Source: Octopus vulgaris (Eukaryota). Taken from it: 64,000 nt of DNA. The first letter of the stretch is position 1; each line of letters opens with the position of its first letter. Shown here piece after piece: positions 43,267 through 57,699 of this stretch. The DNA is taken from the NCBI GenBank assembly GCA_951406725.2, contig OX597838.1, positions 18,290,001-18,354,000 of the forward strand, given 5' to 3'. The notes below the pieces were generated by a model. That model ran no database searches. It saw only the letters and a list, made by a program, of their open reading frames with translations, and was not told the DNA's origin. Both the position numbers and the translations under genes were made by a program.

Positions 43267-43465
43267 TATACATATATACATATATATATACATATATACA
43301 TATATATTCATGTATATAAATAAATATATATCTGTGTGTGCATTTGAGTGTATATGATTTCTGCAGATGCTTATGCAAGTGTATGAATTAGTGTTTGAAT
43401 GTGTATATGTATGTGTATGTATGCGTATGTAAAAGAAAGACAGAGAAATGGAGAGAGGGGTAGAT

Positions 43466-43504
<39 letters not shown>

Positions 43505-43872
43505 AGAAAAAGAAAGAGAAAGGAGGAAGAGAGAAAGGTGAGGCATAAAATGAGGGAAAGTTGCAGAAAACGACAGAAAAGCAAAAAAAAAAAAAAAAAA
43601 AAAAAAGATTGAGAAAGAGAGGTAAATACCGACAGAAAGACATAGAAAAAGAGAGGAAGAGTAGATTAGAGAGAAAGAGAGAGAGAGAGAGAGTGAAAGA
43701 GAGCGCAAGAGAGATAGAGAGCGGTGGGAGGTGGCTGCAATAATTTGTTAGGGAAAGCTTGAAGCCATGAATAAATAATATTTTTCACTGAATTACAAAT
43801 TGACAAGAAATTATCGACTGAAAAATTATGTTTCCCTAGTTTGCATAAGCGCATATATATACATACGTATAT

Positions 43873-43914
<42 letters not shown>

Positions 43915-43971
43915 ACGCTCACACACACACACACACATATATATATACACAATCATTTACTAACATACATT

Positions 43972-44005
<34 letters not shown>

Positions 44006-44146
44006 CAACCATTTACTAACATACTTTCACACACACATACACACATACACACACATATACATAAACTCACACGCACACATACACATGCGTAAATATGCAA
44101 GCCCAAACACACACACACACACACTCATATATGCATGCACATCATT

Positions 44147-44190
<44 letters not shown>

Positions 44191-44215
44191 TGCACATCAT
44201 GTGTGTGTGTGTATA

Positions 44216-44304
<89 letters not shown>

Positions 44305-44321
44305 GTATATATATATACATG

Positions 44322-44407
<86 letters not shown>

Positions 44408-45056
44408 TGTATATATATATATATGCATATATATATATATATATACATATAGAAACACACACACATATACATGTACTTGAAAGAAAGAAAGAGAGCGAGA
44501 AAGAGATATTTTGTATTTTGTAATATGCACCATCTTTCTACAAAGAATTCCGCAAAAACACTCGAAGATTAGCGGCGGAAACTTCATTAATAGTAAAAAA
44601 CAAACAACCAATTAACACACAGATACGACACCCAAGTAATAAAACTAAGAATAGTTATTGATTGATGTGAGAAGAACTCTTGAAGATAACGGTAAGAATT
44701 TTTTCTAATCCACCACCGATGATGCTATCAGTAACAGCATCATTCCGATGCTGTTTGCTGACTGCAGCAAAATTTATTGCAGTGAAGAAAAAAAGAAAAG
44801 CTTAAGAAGAACCCCAGATGCTAATCATTTTGTTCAGAAGATGAAACCGTGAAGATCAAGGAATATTTGTCCTTTATGCAAAAATATTTCGTCAAACCGA
44901 ACACAGATGTGCCTTTAATTTACGAGTGAATGAATATGCTTCCTTATACAACTTCCCCCCCACCACCACCAGACACACACATATAAATAGAAGACTGAAA
45001 AAAGTTGTGTATGATTTTAATGATTCTCTGCCAGAAAAATTGACTTGAAATAAAAC

Positions 45057-45366
<310 letters not shown>

Positions 45367-45891
45367 TTATGTATTTATTCGTACATGCATGCATTCATAC
45401 ACACGCACACACAGGCACGTACACACACACAGTCACATACACACACACACACACACAGCAATAATTGACGAACGAAACGGAAGATAGATTTTTTCGCACT
45501 AATCTTTATACAGTACCACGATCGTTTCGTCCTCCACCACCCGCGTCTGTCTTTTTATGGGTGAGAAGCTGTGCATCAAACCGTGTGGCATCGATTATTG
45601 CTGTCTGGGTCACATCCGGTACATGCATACATAAAATGGCGTCCCGCTAAATATATCGTCTTCTCGCAGCCATGTTGTTGCTTACCCACTGTATCCTGGT
45701 TATAAACCGTGAAAAAGGCTAGCTAAAATCTTCCATTTCTTTCAGTTATCATTATCTTAACTAACACTGCGGAACCCCTGAAGTAGGTCCAGCGGGAAAA
45801 TATATACCACAAGCGTGGAAGACACCAGATAGCCCAAAGTGCAAAGGTTCTTTACTCAACACACTAACCCCGCAAACTACACACACACACG

Positions 45892-45973
<82 letters not shown>

Positions 45974-46001
45974 GTGTGTGTGTGTGGGTGCGTGTGCGTG
46001 C

Positions 46002-46035
<34 letters not shown>

Positions 46036-46043
46036 ATATAAAT

Positions 46044-46075
<32 letters not shown>

Positions 46076-46137
46076 CGCCATGTTGATTCGCTAGCCTCTG
46101 CACGCATTTTTTTCTCTCCTTGTTTCTTTTCTGTGTA

Positions 46138-46175
46138 TCTTTCTGTTGAAGAGCGTAGGCTCGAAACGTAAAAGA
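46138..46175 (+). ncRNA. Minimal hammerhead-like motif with CUGUUGA core variant, within a short repeat at about 46080-46275
   Basis: TCTTT CTGTTGA A GAGC-gtag-GCTC GAAAC GTA AAAGA. Both stems are perfect; the core has A6U. Confidence 0.55.
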
Positions 46176-46271
46176 CTTGTTTTATTTATATTTCTGAGCG
46201 CCATACTAATACAATTGTTTGTTTGTATTCCACCTGCCTTCGTCTTTTGTATATTTTCATAAAGCTTCCCG

Positions 46272-46339
<68 letters not shown>

Positions 46340-47274
46340 ATGTATATATATGTATATTATATTCTTTTATTCTTTTAATTGTTTCAGTCATTTGATGCGC
46401 CCATGCTGGAATACCAACTTAAGTGTGTTAGTTGAGCAAATCGACCCCAGGACTTATTCTTTGTAAGCCTAGTACTATGTTCTGAGTTCAAATTCCGCCA
46501 AGGTTGACTTTGTCTTTCATCCTTTGGGGGTCTATAAAATAAACACCAGTTGAGCACTGGGGTCGATGAAATCAACTTATCCTCTCCTCACAAATTGAAA
46601 CCAATATGAACTAACTTTGTAAAAAACATACAATAAATTATCTCATATCATTTAATATACACAGTTTATAAAACTGCGTCCAATAGTTTCATGCTTTACA
46701 GGTACAATAACTTGGTAGTTTTATACAGCATGCAGCTTGTCTCCGAGGAATCTTTTAGGCTCAGCGTCCATCGATACGCACTGGACCTAAAATATTGCTT
46801 GGAAATACGTTGTTATAAAAATCTGTCAATTTATTGTATCTGTAAAGCATGAAACTATTGTTTATATTAAATATTTATTTCTCACAATGGATAAACTAAT
46901 AAATTAACTCTATATTCGTAACGTTGTACTTTCTTCTGTCATTTGAAAATTGCTTGGACAGCATATAATCAAGACTCTCTCACTCTCTCTCTCTCTCTCT
47001 CTCTTCCTTTCCCTCACACACACACGCGCGCGCGCGCACACGCACACACACACACCAATATGTTTATACACTACCTATCACTCTCCAGAGATCATACTTT
47101 TGGTATAGTATATGCGATAGGAGGGAAATGTGGGTGTTATTTCTAGTATGTTTAATGACCACACATATATATATATAGTTAATCCAAACATGAAAACACA
47201 AAGAGAAAACACAACAACGCGAGGACGTGGAACAAGTATAGTGTTATTGGACACTCAGGAAGAAAAGAAAGAGG

Positions 47275-47310
47275 ATTTAATGTTTCGAGCCGGAGCTCTC
47301 CGTCAGAAAC
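47275..47310 (-). ncRNA. Decayed minimal hammerhead motif in repeat 47177-47380 (same family as 53650-53830)
   Basis: Minus strand GTTT CTGACGG A GAGC-tccg-GCTC GAAAC ATT AAAT. Confidence 0.45.
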
Positions 47311-47927
47311 ATAGAAAAAGGAAAGATCCAAGGAAGGGAAGACGGAGGAAAAAATCGCCAACGATACACACGCGGTCACAGCTTTGTTGGCTCATATCTT
47401 GCATTGATAAATCTGATTGATCGTCTACGTCCCATCATTCTGTATTACTGGTAAAACTGGTTGACTCGCTCGCTCACCAGGTTCAATGACAAACGCCCGA
47501 TCTTTGGGTGTCCTTCGCGAGCAAGTTCACCTCATTCTAAGCAATCGGACAGATTCGTATTTTCTTCTGCCGGCTCTCTGACTAGTTGCAGAGGTCTTAC
47601 AGAAAGGCTGTGGTTAATTGCACTTTCTACGCTGACAAAGCCATGAATAATACTGACTGATGTCTACAAACATTAACTATTGATTGAAACAATTAATGTT
47701 TGCTAATTGTCTCATTAACATAAATTCCGTCACCTGTCAAGATTGGACAACCATTACTAAATTAAACTCATTTCCGCTTCCGATTTCCAGTTAAAACGTT
47801 TCTCCGTGACACTAAGTACTGACCTAACGCTTATTCGCGGCATGACGTGTATGTTGTAGTGAGAAGTCTGACATATTCCTTTCTCTAATATATCTTCCAG
47901 TACAAACACTGTCCCTTTGCTCTATAA

Positions 47928-48167
47928 CAGCGCTTCTCAACCGTTTTTTGCCTATGGATTCCTTTGATTGCTATTTTATTCAGAGTTTGGACCCTCATAA
48001 CCACTCGATGTCATATTTTTATGATTAAATATTATCAGGAATTGTATTAAAAATGTTGAAATATTTTGTCTATTCTAGAAATTTAAGCAATTTATTGCAC
48101 ATAAATTTAATAACAAAATCTTATACGGGTCTCCGAGGGCCAAATGGACTCCGGTTGAGAACAACTG
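47928..48167. mobile_element. hAT-type MITE
   Basis: TIRs cagcgcttctcaaccg / ccggttgagaacaactg, and an 8-bp TSD ctctataa (47920-47927) / ctctgtaa (48168-48175). Confidence 0.8.
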
Positions 48168-49495
48168 CTCTGTAACATAAATAGAAGTTAACAGGAGACA
48201 ACGATTATGTTGCCGCTTGGCCTGCTAGAAATAGCACCTGGATATCTATTATATCTCACTTGCCTTTAGAAAGTGAAAGAGAAAGATATTGAATATTGTC
48301 GTCCTTCATAGCATATCTTTTATCTCTTTCACTCATTAGATTGTGGCCATACTGGGGTACCACCTTGAAAAGTTTTTATTGAACGAATTGATCGTAGTAC
48401 TTATTTTCTATGCTTGGTACTTCTAACATTCTCTTTTTGCCGATCCGTTGATTTACGGAAACCTAAACACAACAACAACGGTCTTTTTTGCCTAAGAACC
48501 CCTTTGATTCCTATTTTATTCAGAGTATGGACCCTCTTGGCTGATCGATGTCATATTTTTATGATTAATTATTATTGGGAATTGTATTAAAAATATTGAA
48601 CGGTCAAGGCGGCGAGGTGGCAGAAAGGTTAGCACGCCGGGTGAAATGCCAAGCGGCATTTCGTCTGCCGTTACGCTCTGAGTTCAAATTCCACTGAGGT
48701 CGACTTTGCCTTTCATCCTTTCGGGGTCGATGAATTAAGTACCAGTTACGCACTGGGGTCGATGCAATCGACTTAACCCCTTTGTCTGTCCTTGTTTGTC
48801 CTCTCTGTGTTTGTCCCCTTGTGGGCAATAAAGAAATAAGACACAACGGTTGTCACACGGTGGTGAAACACAGACACAAAGACACACACACACACACACT
48901 CACGCACGCGCATGCACATACATATGTATAACGGGCTTCTCTCAGTTTCCATGTACCAAATCCACTCACAAGGCTTTGGTCGGCTCGAAGCTATAGTAGA
49001 ACACTAATGTCCAATTCTTCTGATGAAGGTTCTATTTGTTCTTGGTTGATTTGGGACTAAAGAATAACGACTGCAAATCCCAAATCCTAAAAGACGACTT
49101 TTTAAGCGATAACAATTTAGGGAACTTTATACTATATTTTTAGGAAATAAAAAAAAAACCCAGAATCGATATTTACCGAACGTCTGATATTTATCGAAAT
49201 GGAAAAAAAAAAAAAATTAACATTTTTATTTTGGGAGAAAAATACTGAAACATCATATGGTGATATTTTTCACCATTTTATAAATAACATGTTTTTGTGT
49301 CTCTGATATCCTTCTTCTCAATCAAAATTCTTGTACGAATCAATCTAAACAAAACAAAAATATAAATAAATAAAAGCGGCTTCTGTACAAAAAAGAACGT
49401 CCTCGTTGTGAATGGATGACTCGGAAGATTTAAAGGAATGAAAATAAATGTATTTTTGCAATCATTCGATAGTTATAGAATTTCTGTCTGTCTGT

Positions 49496-49582
49496 TTATT
49501 TTCCCGCTTTCAATCTTGCACGAATTAATGGCAACAGGATATCAAAATTTCCTATAATGTGACTTATAATTTCGAAATTGTA
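49496..49582 (-). CDS. Candidate downstream (terminal or alternative) exon YNFEIISHIIGNFDILLPLIRARLKAGK*
   Basis: Very strong minus-strand acceptor (long T/C tract ending ctctcttacag|). The phase-0 frame is the longest open one and matches the phase-0 donor at 53066. AATAAA overlaps the stop. Confidence 0.3.
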   Translation of the reverse strand, partial: YNFEIISHIIGNFDILLPLIRARLKAGK

Positions 49583-50166
49583 CTGTAAGAGAGAAAAAAA
49601 AAGAAAAAGGAACTGCCAACTCTATCCTTTTCTGGTTTATAATAAAGAACTCCATCCCGAAGCCAAATGGCGCCTGTATAAGAATAATTCTTGATGACAG
49701 AATGACATGGCAGAGTTTGAGGAATAAAAATAACCATAAATAAGAGAACTGCATTGTTAATGCACGTTCGTTTCGTGAGTTGGGTTTCCTACTATTCTGC
49801 CGAATCGATAATTTTTTTTTTTTTTCCAAGCAATTTTCTTTAGCTTTACATTTCACTAATCGATCCAGCCCCGATCTTTCCTATAATGCTAACGTTCCAA
49901 ATCTATGGCTCCCAGGAAAAATATTTAGCATAAATTCCTTCACGTGATTGACATACATACACAATAAAGCTTAACCGCACAAAGACCTTTATAAATATTA
50001 ATTAAACATGTGCCATTTTGTGCCTCTACGCTTCGGTATAGTTGATGTCAGACAGTCTGTCTTCTGCTTTCTCTAACTCTCTCTCATTCGGTATATATGT
50101 ATATATATATATACGTTTGTGCGTGTGTGTGTGCATGTATCTATATATCTATCTAACTATATATAC

Positions 50167-50242
<76 letters not shown>

Positions 50243-50524
50243 ATATACATACATGCACACATGATATATGTAAATATATAATAACTATATAATAATATAT
50301 ATTTGTTTACAAATATTATATATGTATACATACAATATATATATTATATATACACGCATGTATATATATATATATGTATACACACACACACATATATATA
50401 TTTATATATGTATATATATATATATTTATATATGTATATATGTATGTATATATATATACATATATTTATACCTATATCTATCTATATACACACATATATA
50501 TATTTATACCTATATCTATATCTA

Positions 50525-50628
<104 letters not shown>

Positions 50629-51084
50629 TATATACATACATATGTGCATATATATTTATGTATATACATATATGTATGTTTATATATGTATATATGTACA
50701 GGTATGCATATGCGTGTGTTACTTCTGAGTATATTCACTCTTTCGTTTGCGTGTTTCGACTGTTAAGCTGCCGCTATTAACTGTATATATTTACACTGAC
50801 CTCCATCAACCTCGAAACTGACCGAATAAGCACAAAGATGGAAGAAATTACCTATGATGAAAGAATCCGGTTGGAAACGAACTCACATTCCGTTAATTCC
50901 AGCTGAATGCACTCCGTCGTAAACCACTGGACCGTAATTATTTTTAGATTGTTTGAATATATGCAGAACTATTTCGATGAACCGCATACAATTGTTCTAC
51001 CGACCACGTATAGGTTAATTATAAATACACACACGGACACTCAAACACAAGCCTGTGCATATACGTATACTTATATTCATACAC

Positions 51085-51392
51085 GTGGAGGCGCAATGGC
51101 CCAGTGGTTAGGGCAGCGGACTCGCGGTCGTAGGATCGCGGTTTCGATTCTCAGGCCGGGCGTTGTGAGTGTTTATTCAGTGAAAACACCTAAAAGCTCC
51201 ACGAGGCTCCGGCAGGGGGTGGTGATCCCTGCTGTACTCTTTCACCACTCTTTCTTCCACTCTTTCTTCTGTTGGCCTGCTCGCTTAGCCAGCGGGGTGG
51301 CGTCATTCGAAGGCTAAAACAATGCGAACGCATTGTGACCAGCGATGTGTAACAACATCTGATGGTCTGGTCGGTCACGTGATCACGTGATA
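51085..51392 (+). mobile_element. Same tRNA head as 13346 with a different tail
   Basis: Identical head and body, then an unrelated tail ending cacgtgatcacgtgat. Confidence 0.75.
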
Positions 51393-51397
51393 TACAT

Positions 51398-51455
<58 letters not shown>

Positions 51456-52086
51456 CTTTATTACCCACAAGCGGCTAAACATAGAGGGGACAAACAAGGA
51501 CAGACAAGGGGATTAAATCAATTACATCGACCCCAGTGCGTTACTGGTACTTAATTTGAAAGGCAAAGTCGACCTCGGCGGAATTTGAACTCACAACGTA
51601 ACGGCAGACGAAATACCGCTAAGCATTTCGCCCGGCGTCCTAACGTTTCTGCCAGCTACACACATATGCCTCCCTTGTACCTTTCTCTTCTCTCTGTCTC
51701 TTTAATCCGCCTGCTCCTTCGTTCTTTCTCTGTCACCCTCCTCTTTCCCTCTCCCAACGCTTCCTCTTCCCTGACACGTGACCGGTGTCCGGCGAAGGCA
51801 GTGTTATTCTTTTTCGCCATAGCTTTCTTTTCTACTCTAGGCATAAGGCCCGAAATTTTGGGGAAGGGGGCCTGTCGATTATATCGACCCCAGTACACAA
51901 CTGGTACTTAATTTATCGACCCCGGAAGGATGAAAGGCAAATAAATACAGGTACTACTCATGTTTGCCACCTGAGTGGACTGGAGTAACATGGAATAAAA
52001 TATCTTGCTTAAGGACACAATGCACCGCCCAGAATCGAACTCATGACATTACGATCGCGAGCTGAGTCCTCTAACCACTATATATA

Positions 52087-52178
52087 TGTCCGAAGAATTT
52101 CTAATAGAAAATACATTACATGTCTGTGTAACAAGTAAAACTTTGTAATTTCTATTAGCAAACGAAACACGTGTAATG
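52087..52178 (+). ncRNA. Partly decayed hammerhead motif with long stem II
   Basis: CCGAAGA at 52090, a 10-bp helix CTAATAGAAA/TTTCTATTAG, and GAAAC-ACGT-GTA (palindromic stem III). Stem I is weak. Confidence 0.45.
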
Positions 52179-52216
52179 GAGAATAAATAATGTCAAATAT
52201 CCAATCTCCTGTTTTG

Positions 52217-52299
<83 letters not shown>

Positions 52300-52301
<2 letters not shown>

Positions 52302-52459
52302 GGAGTGGCTATGTGTGGTAAGTAGCTTGCTTACCAACCACATGCTTCCGGGTTCAGTCCCACTGCGTGGCACGTTGTGCAAGTGTCTTCTACTGTAGCC
52401 TCGGGCCGACCAAAACCGTATGAGTGGATTTGGTAGACGGAAACTGAAAGAAGCCCGTC

Positions 52460-52504
<45 letters not shown>

Positions 52505-52728
52505 TGTATGTATGTGTATGTGTATATGTTTATGTGTCTGTGTTTGTTCCCCCCCCGAACACCACTTGAAAACCGATGCTGGTGCGGTTCGGCAAAAAAG
52601 ACCGATAGAATAAGTACTAGGCTTACAAAGAATAAGTCCCAGGTGTCGATTTGCTCGACTAAAAGGCGGTGTTCCAGCATGGCCACAGTCGAATGACTGA
52701 AACAAGTAGAAGAGAAAAGAGAGTAAGA

Positions 52729-52730
<2 letters not shown>
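52300..52730 (+). mobile_element. CORE-type SINE
   Basis: Same family. Further partial or diverged copies at about 6484, 6941, 7485, 9345, 16915, 17825, 32390, 36213, 37175, 41565, 46360, 48320, 56145 and 63980. Confidence 0.85.
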
Positions 52731-52765
<35 letters not shown>

Positions 52766-52790
52766 TTCTTGTTCATCTTGATGCTGACGT

Positions 52791-52895
52791 GAGTTCCTTG
52801 TTTTTCCTGATGAGAAGGCGGCATAATGCACCCCTTATTCCTGCGAAATTAGGAATATGCAGCCTTCGAAACATATGTCGAGAATAAAGGAATTT
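52791..52895 (+). ncRNA. Type I hammerhead ribozyme, canonical core, GUC cleavage after 52879 (same family as 41842)
   Basis: CTGATGA at 52807-52813, stem II GAAGGC-GCATA/TATGC-GCCTTC, GAAACATATGTC, and a long stem I gagttccttgtttttc/gagaataaaggaattt. Confidence 0.85.
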
Positions 52896-52925
52896 TGTTA
52901 ATTCGTCGTTCAACTCCATTCTTTC

Positions 52926-52986
<61 letters not shown>

Positions 52987-53065
52987 ATGATGATGATAAA
53001 CAATTAAGTAAGAAAAATATAAAAGAAAAAAGCAAAACAAGATGGTTACGTAAGAAAATAAATAC

Positions 53066-53278
53066 CTGCAGAGTCTTGACAATTCGACCCAGCGCAGTTT
53101 CGCGATTTGGATCATCTTGACCTGTCTTTTGGTCAATCCGGATAATCTCAGAATTGGCATCTTCGTCCGTTCGGACCGACGGCTGAGAACTTAATCCACC
53201 ATTTTCAATAACTTCCAATTCGTCGTCAGATGGCACTTTCCCTGTCAATCTCTCATCTGATTTGCTAGTTGACGCCAT
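53066..53278 (-). CDS. First coding exon of an unidentified host gene (MASTSKSDERLTGKVPSDDELEV...ETALGRIVKTLQ, 71 codons); the exon itself spans 53066-53300
   Basis: Minus-strand acceptor ttcttttttctgtcttcttttccctggcag| ends at 53301. In-frame TGA and TAA lie just upstream of the ATG at 53278. The 71-codon frame is non-repetitive and ends at a phase-0 donor CAG|GTATTT at 53066/53065. Confidence 0.72.
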
Positions 53279-53545
53279 TTATATTCAGTAAAGCGTATTC
53301 CTGCCAGGGAAAAGAAGACAGAAAAAAGAATTGTTTGTAGGATTTAAAGATGAAGAGAACGATTGAGATACGCTGCAAGCAAGTCAAATGGAAGGTGTTA
53401 AAGCCCACCACAAACTGTGTGTGTATGTGTGTGTAATTGTATGTATACGTTCATACATACATACATACATACATATTTTAATTCATAACTACACATACAC
53501 GCATATATACTCACATACGTATATATATACATACATAATACTTAC

Positions 53546-53599
<54 letters not shown>

Positions 53600-53604
53600 A
53601 TACA

Positions 53605-53650
<46 letters not shown>

Positions 53651-53751
53651 GTTAATCCAAACAAGAAAACACAGGAAAAAACACAGCAACGCGAGGACGT
53701 GGAACAATTAAAGTATTATTTGACGCTCAGGAAGGAAAGAAGGGAAGGAGG

Positions 53752-53786
53752 GTTTAACGTTTCGAGCGGAGCTCTTCGTCGGAAAC
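53752..53786 (-). ncRNA. Minimal hammerhead-like motif (CCGACGA core) in repeat 53650-53830
   Basis: Minus strand GTTT CCGACGA A GAGC-tcc-GCTC GAAAC GTT AAAC. Confidence 0.55.
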
Positions 53787-53864
53787 AAAGGAGAAGGAAA
53801 GATCCCGAGAAGGGAAGACAGAGGAAAAAAATATGAATGTATGTATGTATCTATGTGTGTATAT

Positions 53865-54129
53865 ATATAAAATACAGTGTACGTTTAAACACATTAAGAG
53901 GTTTCCATCACAGGAATCCCTTACGCTAGAAAGAACAGATAAACTCCAAACCACTAATTAGGGATAAATTCTCGAAGAGAAGAAAATCGATGGGAAATGT
54001 TTTTATTTTTCATTCCCTTCGAGAATTTATCCCTCATTAGTGGTTTGGACTTTAGCTGTTCTTTCCACCGTAAGGGATTCCTATGATGGATACCTATTAA
54101 TGTGTTTAAATGTACACTGTATTTTATAT
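53865..54129. repeat. Diverged second member of the same foldback family (about 110-bp arms, about 40-nt loop)
   Basis: atacagtgtac...tcgaag / cttcga...gtacactgtat. It has the same unique downstream tail (…acgcta.gccactggta) as the 39127 copy. Confidence 0.85.
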
Positions 54130-54214
54130 GAATGATATATAGTCTATTGACTAATTTTTCTATACGCTACGCCACTGGTAGAAAAAATGTCTAAAATCTT
54201 TATTACCCTGATAT

Positions 54215-54250
<36 letters not shown>

Positions 54251-54280
54251 TACATATAAATATATGCAAGTACATCTCCG

Positions 54281-54351
<71 letters not shown>

Positions 54352-54525
54352 TAATGTATATATATCTGTGTGTGTACAAACTCACGCAAATACAAACATA
54401 CATAACATATTCATATGTACGTACCTATCTACGTACATACATACATATATACATACATACAAACACACAAATACATAATACATACACACACACACACATA
54501 TATATATATATGCATATATATATAC

Positions 54526-54696
<171 letters not shown>

Positions 54697-54890
54697 CATT
54701 TGGGAATTGATGTTCCGAAGCACCATATTACAGATATATTGAAAAATTAATTATAGAAAGACGTTCGGTATAATTTGTTTTCTATTAATTGAAGGACGCG
54801 TGCACCAAACGGCTTTCTATTATCAAATTTTAAGTGTGCATAATATGTGAGCGCGTCCGCGTGTACCCTGGGGCGAGCGCTTGTTTGTGC

Positions 54891-54932
<42 letters not shown>

Positions 54933-55272
54933 ACGTATGCTAAGAACATGACATATACCTATAGCGTATATTATTCATAATTTTGGTACGTACTTGTGTC
55001 TAAACCCACCACTAAAATTATTTCTAAATATGTTAATGTACGCAACTGATCGCATGTGTATGCTGTCTTGTGCGTGGTCGGTGTACGTGTGGGCGTATGT
55101 GTGGTATGTCTATGAGTTCTGTATTTAAGAGACGAGGAATTATGTACATTATTTACATTATCTATATTCGACGGATATTTGTCCTCATCTTGTTTGTTGT
55201 TAACACAACGTTTCGGCTGATATACCCTCCACCCAAGATTCCGAGATCGATTCCAAGCAGTAAACTGAACAC

Positions 55273-55326
<54 letters not shown>

Positions 55327-55328
<2 letters not shown>

Positions 55329-55594
55329 TTTGAAAATGATTCCAGGCTTACCATCCCTACAGGAAGTGCAAAAAATCGTATTAACTAGAACAGCTCATGT
55401 ACTGAGAAGAGCACTATCGCTGTGAAAATAACATCCATCCATGAATTTATTTATTTATTAATTTTTAAATATATATTTTATCTGTGAATTTGCGCGTGTA
55501 ATCTGGGAATGTATACAATGAGCTTCTCTGCCTTAGGTGTATGGAAAACACTCGGCGAGAAACGGAAAAAAATTTGAAGAAAGAAGGAAAAAAC

Positions 55595-55643
<49 letters not shown>

Positions 55644-55911
55644 TATTTGAAAATGATTCCAGGCTTACCATCCCTACAGGAAGTGCAAAAAATCGTATTA
55701 ACTAGAACAGCTCATGTACTGAGAAGAGCACTATCGCTGTGAAAATAACATCCATCCATGAATTTATTTATTTATTAATTTTTAAATATATATTTTATTT
55801 GTGAATTTGCGCGTGTAATCTGGGAATGTATACAATGAGCTTCTCTGCCTTAGGTGTATGGAAAACACTCGGCGAGAAACGGAAAAAAATTTGAAGAAAG
55901 AAGGAAAAAAC
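55327..55911 (+). mobile_element. Two tandem copies of an R4/Dong-like LINE 3' end, each ending in (AAT)n
   Basis: IPGLPSLQEVQKIVLTRTAHVLRRALSL* plus 3'UTR at 55327-55594 and again at 55644-55911, near-identical, with (AAT)n before, between and after. Confidence 0.8.
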
Positions 55912-55960
<49 letters not shown>

Positions 55961-56015
55961 CAACAACATCGAAAAATACCTTAGGAATGAGAACCCAGGT
56001 TCGAAATTTCCCCAA

Positions 56016-56061
56016 GACACCTGAAGAAGGCTGGAGGGTATATCAGCCGAAACGTTGTGTT
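56016..56061 (+). ncRNA. Minimal hammerhead ribozyme (Penelope-type), GUU site
   Basis: GACAC CTGAAGA A GGCTG-gagggtatat-CAGCC GAAAC GTT GTGTT. Confidence 0.75.
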
Positions 56062-57699
56062 AACAACAAACAAGATGAGGACAAATATCCGTCGAATGTA
56101 AATAATGTAAATAATTCCTCTTCTCTTAAATATAGAACTGTATAAATCAACCCTAGTTCTTGTTTTTTAAAGCCTAATACTTATTCTTTCAGCCTCCTTT
56201 GCCGAACCGCAAAGTTACAGGGACCTAAACACACCAACATCGGTTGTCAAACACAGACAGGCGCGTGCATGCGCGCACACACATATACACGACGGGTTTC
56301 TTTCAGTTTCCCCTCTACCAAATCCACTTACAAATATTTGGTCGGCCCGTGACTATTGTAGAAGACACTTGCCCAAGGTGCCACGCAGCGGGACTGAACC
56401 CGGAACCTTGTAGTTGGGAAACAAGCTTCTTACCACACAGCCACGCTTGCGCCTTTGTAAAATTAGCAACCAAATCTCCCTCAAATCACACACTGCTGTC
56501 TTAATTAAAGGTAGAACACATCGTTTAATATATTAATTAGTTATGCAAAAAGAATTCGATTGTCATGCATGAGATGTATTTGTCACAGGTCTGGCTGGCC
56601 CTATATGTATCTAAGCAACCACAACAGCTCCCTCTAATGGACCCATCCTGGGCCAACAATCATATTTCAAGCTTCTCGGGTAGTATAATTAGCGAAATGT
56701 AAAGGTGTTGTAAATTAACTCATGTTGCGAGCCAGTGCGCGAGACTGTATGCGGTAGTCTAAACTGTTAGAAATAGCAGCCAAATTTCTTGGATTTGTAT
56801 TCCTCCTGAATAAGGTTTACTTGGTGTTTAACTCGGTTCTCTATCAAATGGTATTGCAATAAATAATTCTATGTTGTACTAGGATATACCACTCTAATAG
56901 AGAAGATAATAAAGGTATTTTCATTTTAATCTTATTTCATCTTATTTAATCTTGTATCTTATAACAATTACTTTCTTTGAATTTAATAAGGAACTCTGGA
57001 AAATGAGAAGTGGATAATGACTTATAACTTCCCCCACCATCATTTTATCCACGTCCGTCTCTTTATCGGATGCTGTGCAGGCTTAACATTTTTTTTTCTT
57101 TTTTTTTTTGTACTAATACTCTAGCTGAACCTGGTCTAGTTCCAATCTCCGAATCGTAAAAGATTGAATGTTGATGCCAATAAAGAAATTATTATATCGT
57201 TTTATCTTCACATGTATTTTGTCAGAAATAAGACAAAAAAAAAAAATCAAACAAACAACCGAAGCAATTTGCATAAAACAAAACTAAATAAAATCATCAA
57301 AGATAACTTTTCCTAAGGGACCACGAAGCGAAAACATCACGTGTTTCCCCAAATTATAAATTAACATCAAAAGCAATGAACGACATCTCAGCAGATTCTT
57401 CGGTACTTGACTGACGGCTTCATAATCTCCATTTATCTAGCAGTGAGTATTTCACTGCTAGTAATACGAAGACGAAACTTTTAAGCAGAAAATCTGTAAG
57501 AAAGCAGAAGTTTGTATTGATTTCTAATCTCCTAACAAAATGCGTTGTGTTTATATTTAGTTGAAATGCTTGGGAGTCATCGGATTAAGTTACCTACTTT
57601 GATTCGAAACCATAGCAGATAACAGGATTACAGTATTCATGGAATCGAGTGAGTCTTAAGAACGACATTCCAGTATTAAGTACACTCTAAGAATGGCTT

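Larger units (their letters stand above)
55115..56139. mobile_element. Second copy of the inverted-repeat hammerhead element
   Basis: Arms 55115-55234 and 56029-56139. Shared spacers aagattccgagatcgattccaagcag and atcgaaaaa.accttaggaatgag flank the (AAT)n. Confidence 0.75.

Noticed and set aside
51085-51160. tRNA-like sequences at SINE heads
   Set aside because: They continue into SINE bodies and lack a complete acceptor stem, so they are not tRNA genes.
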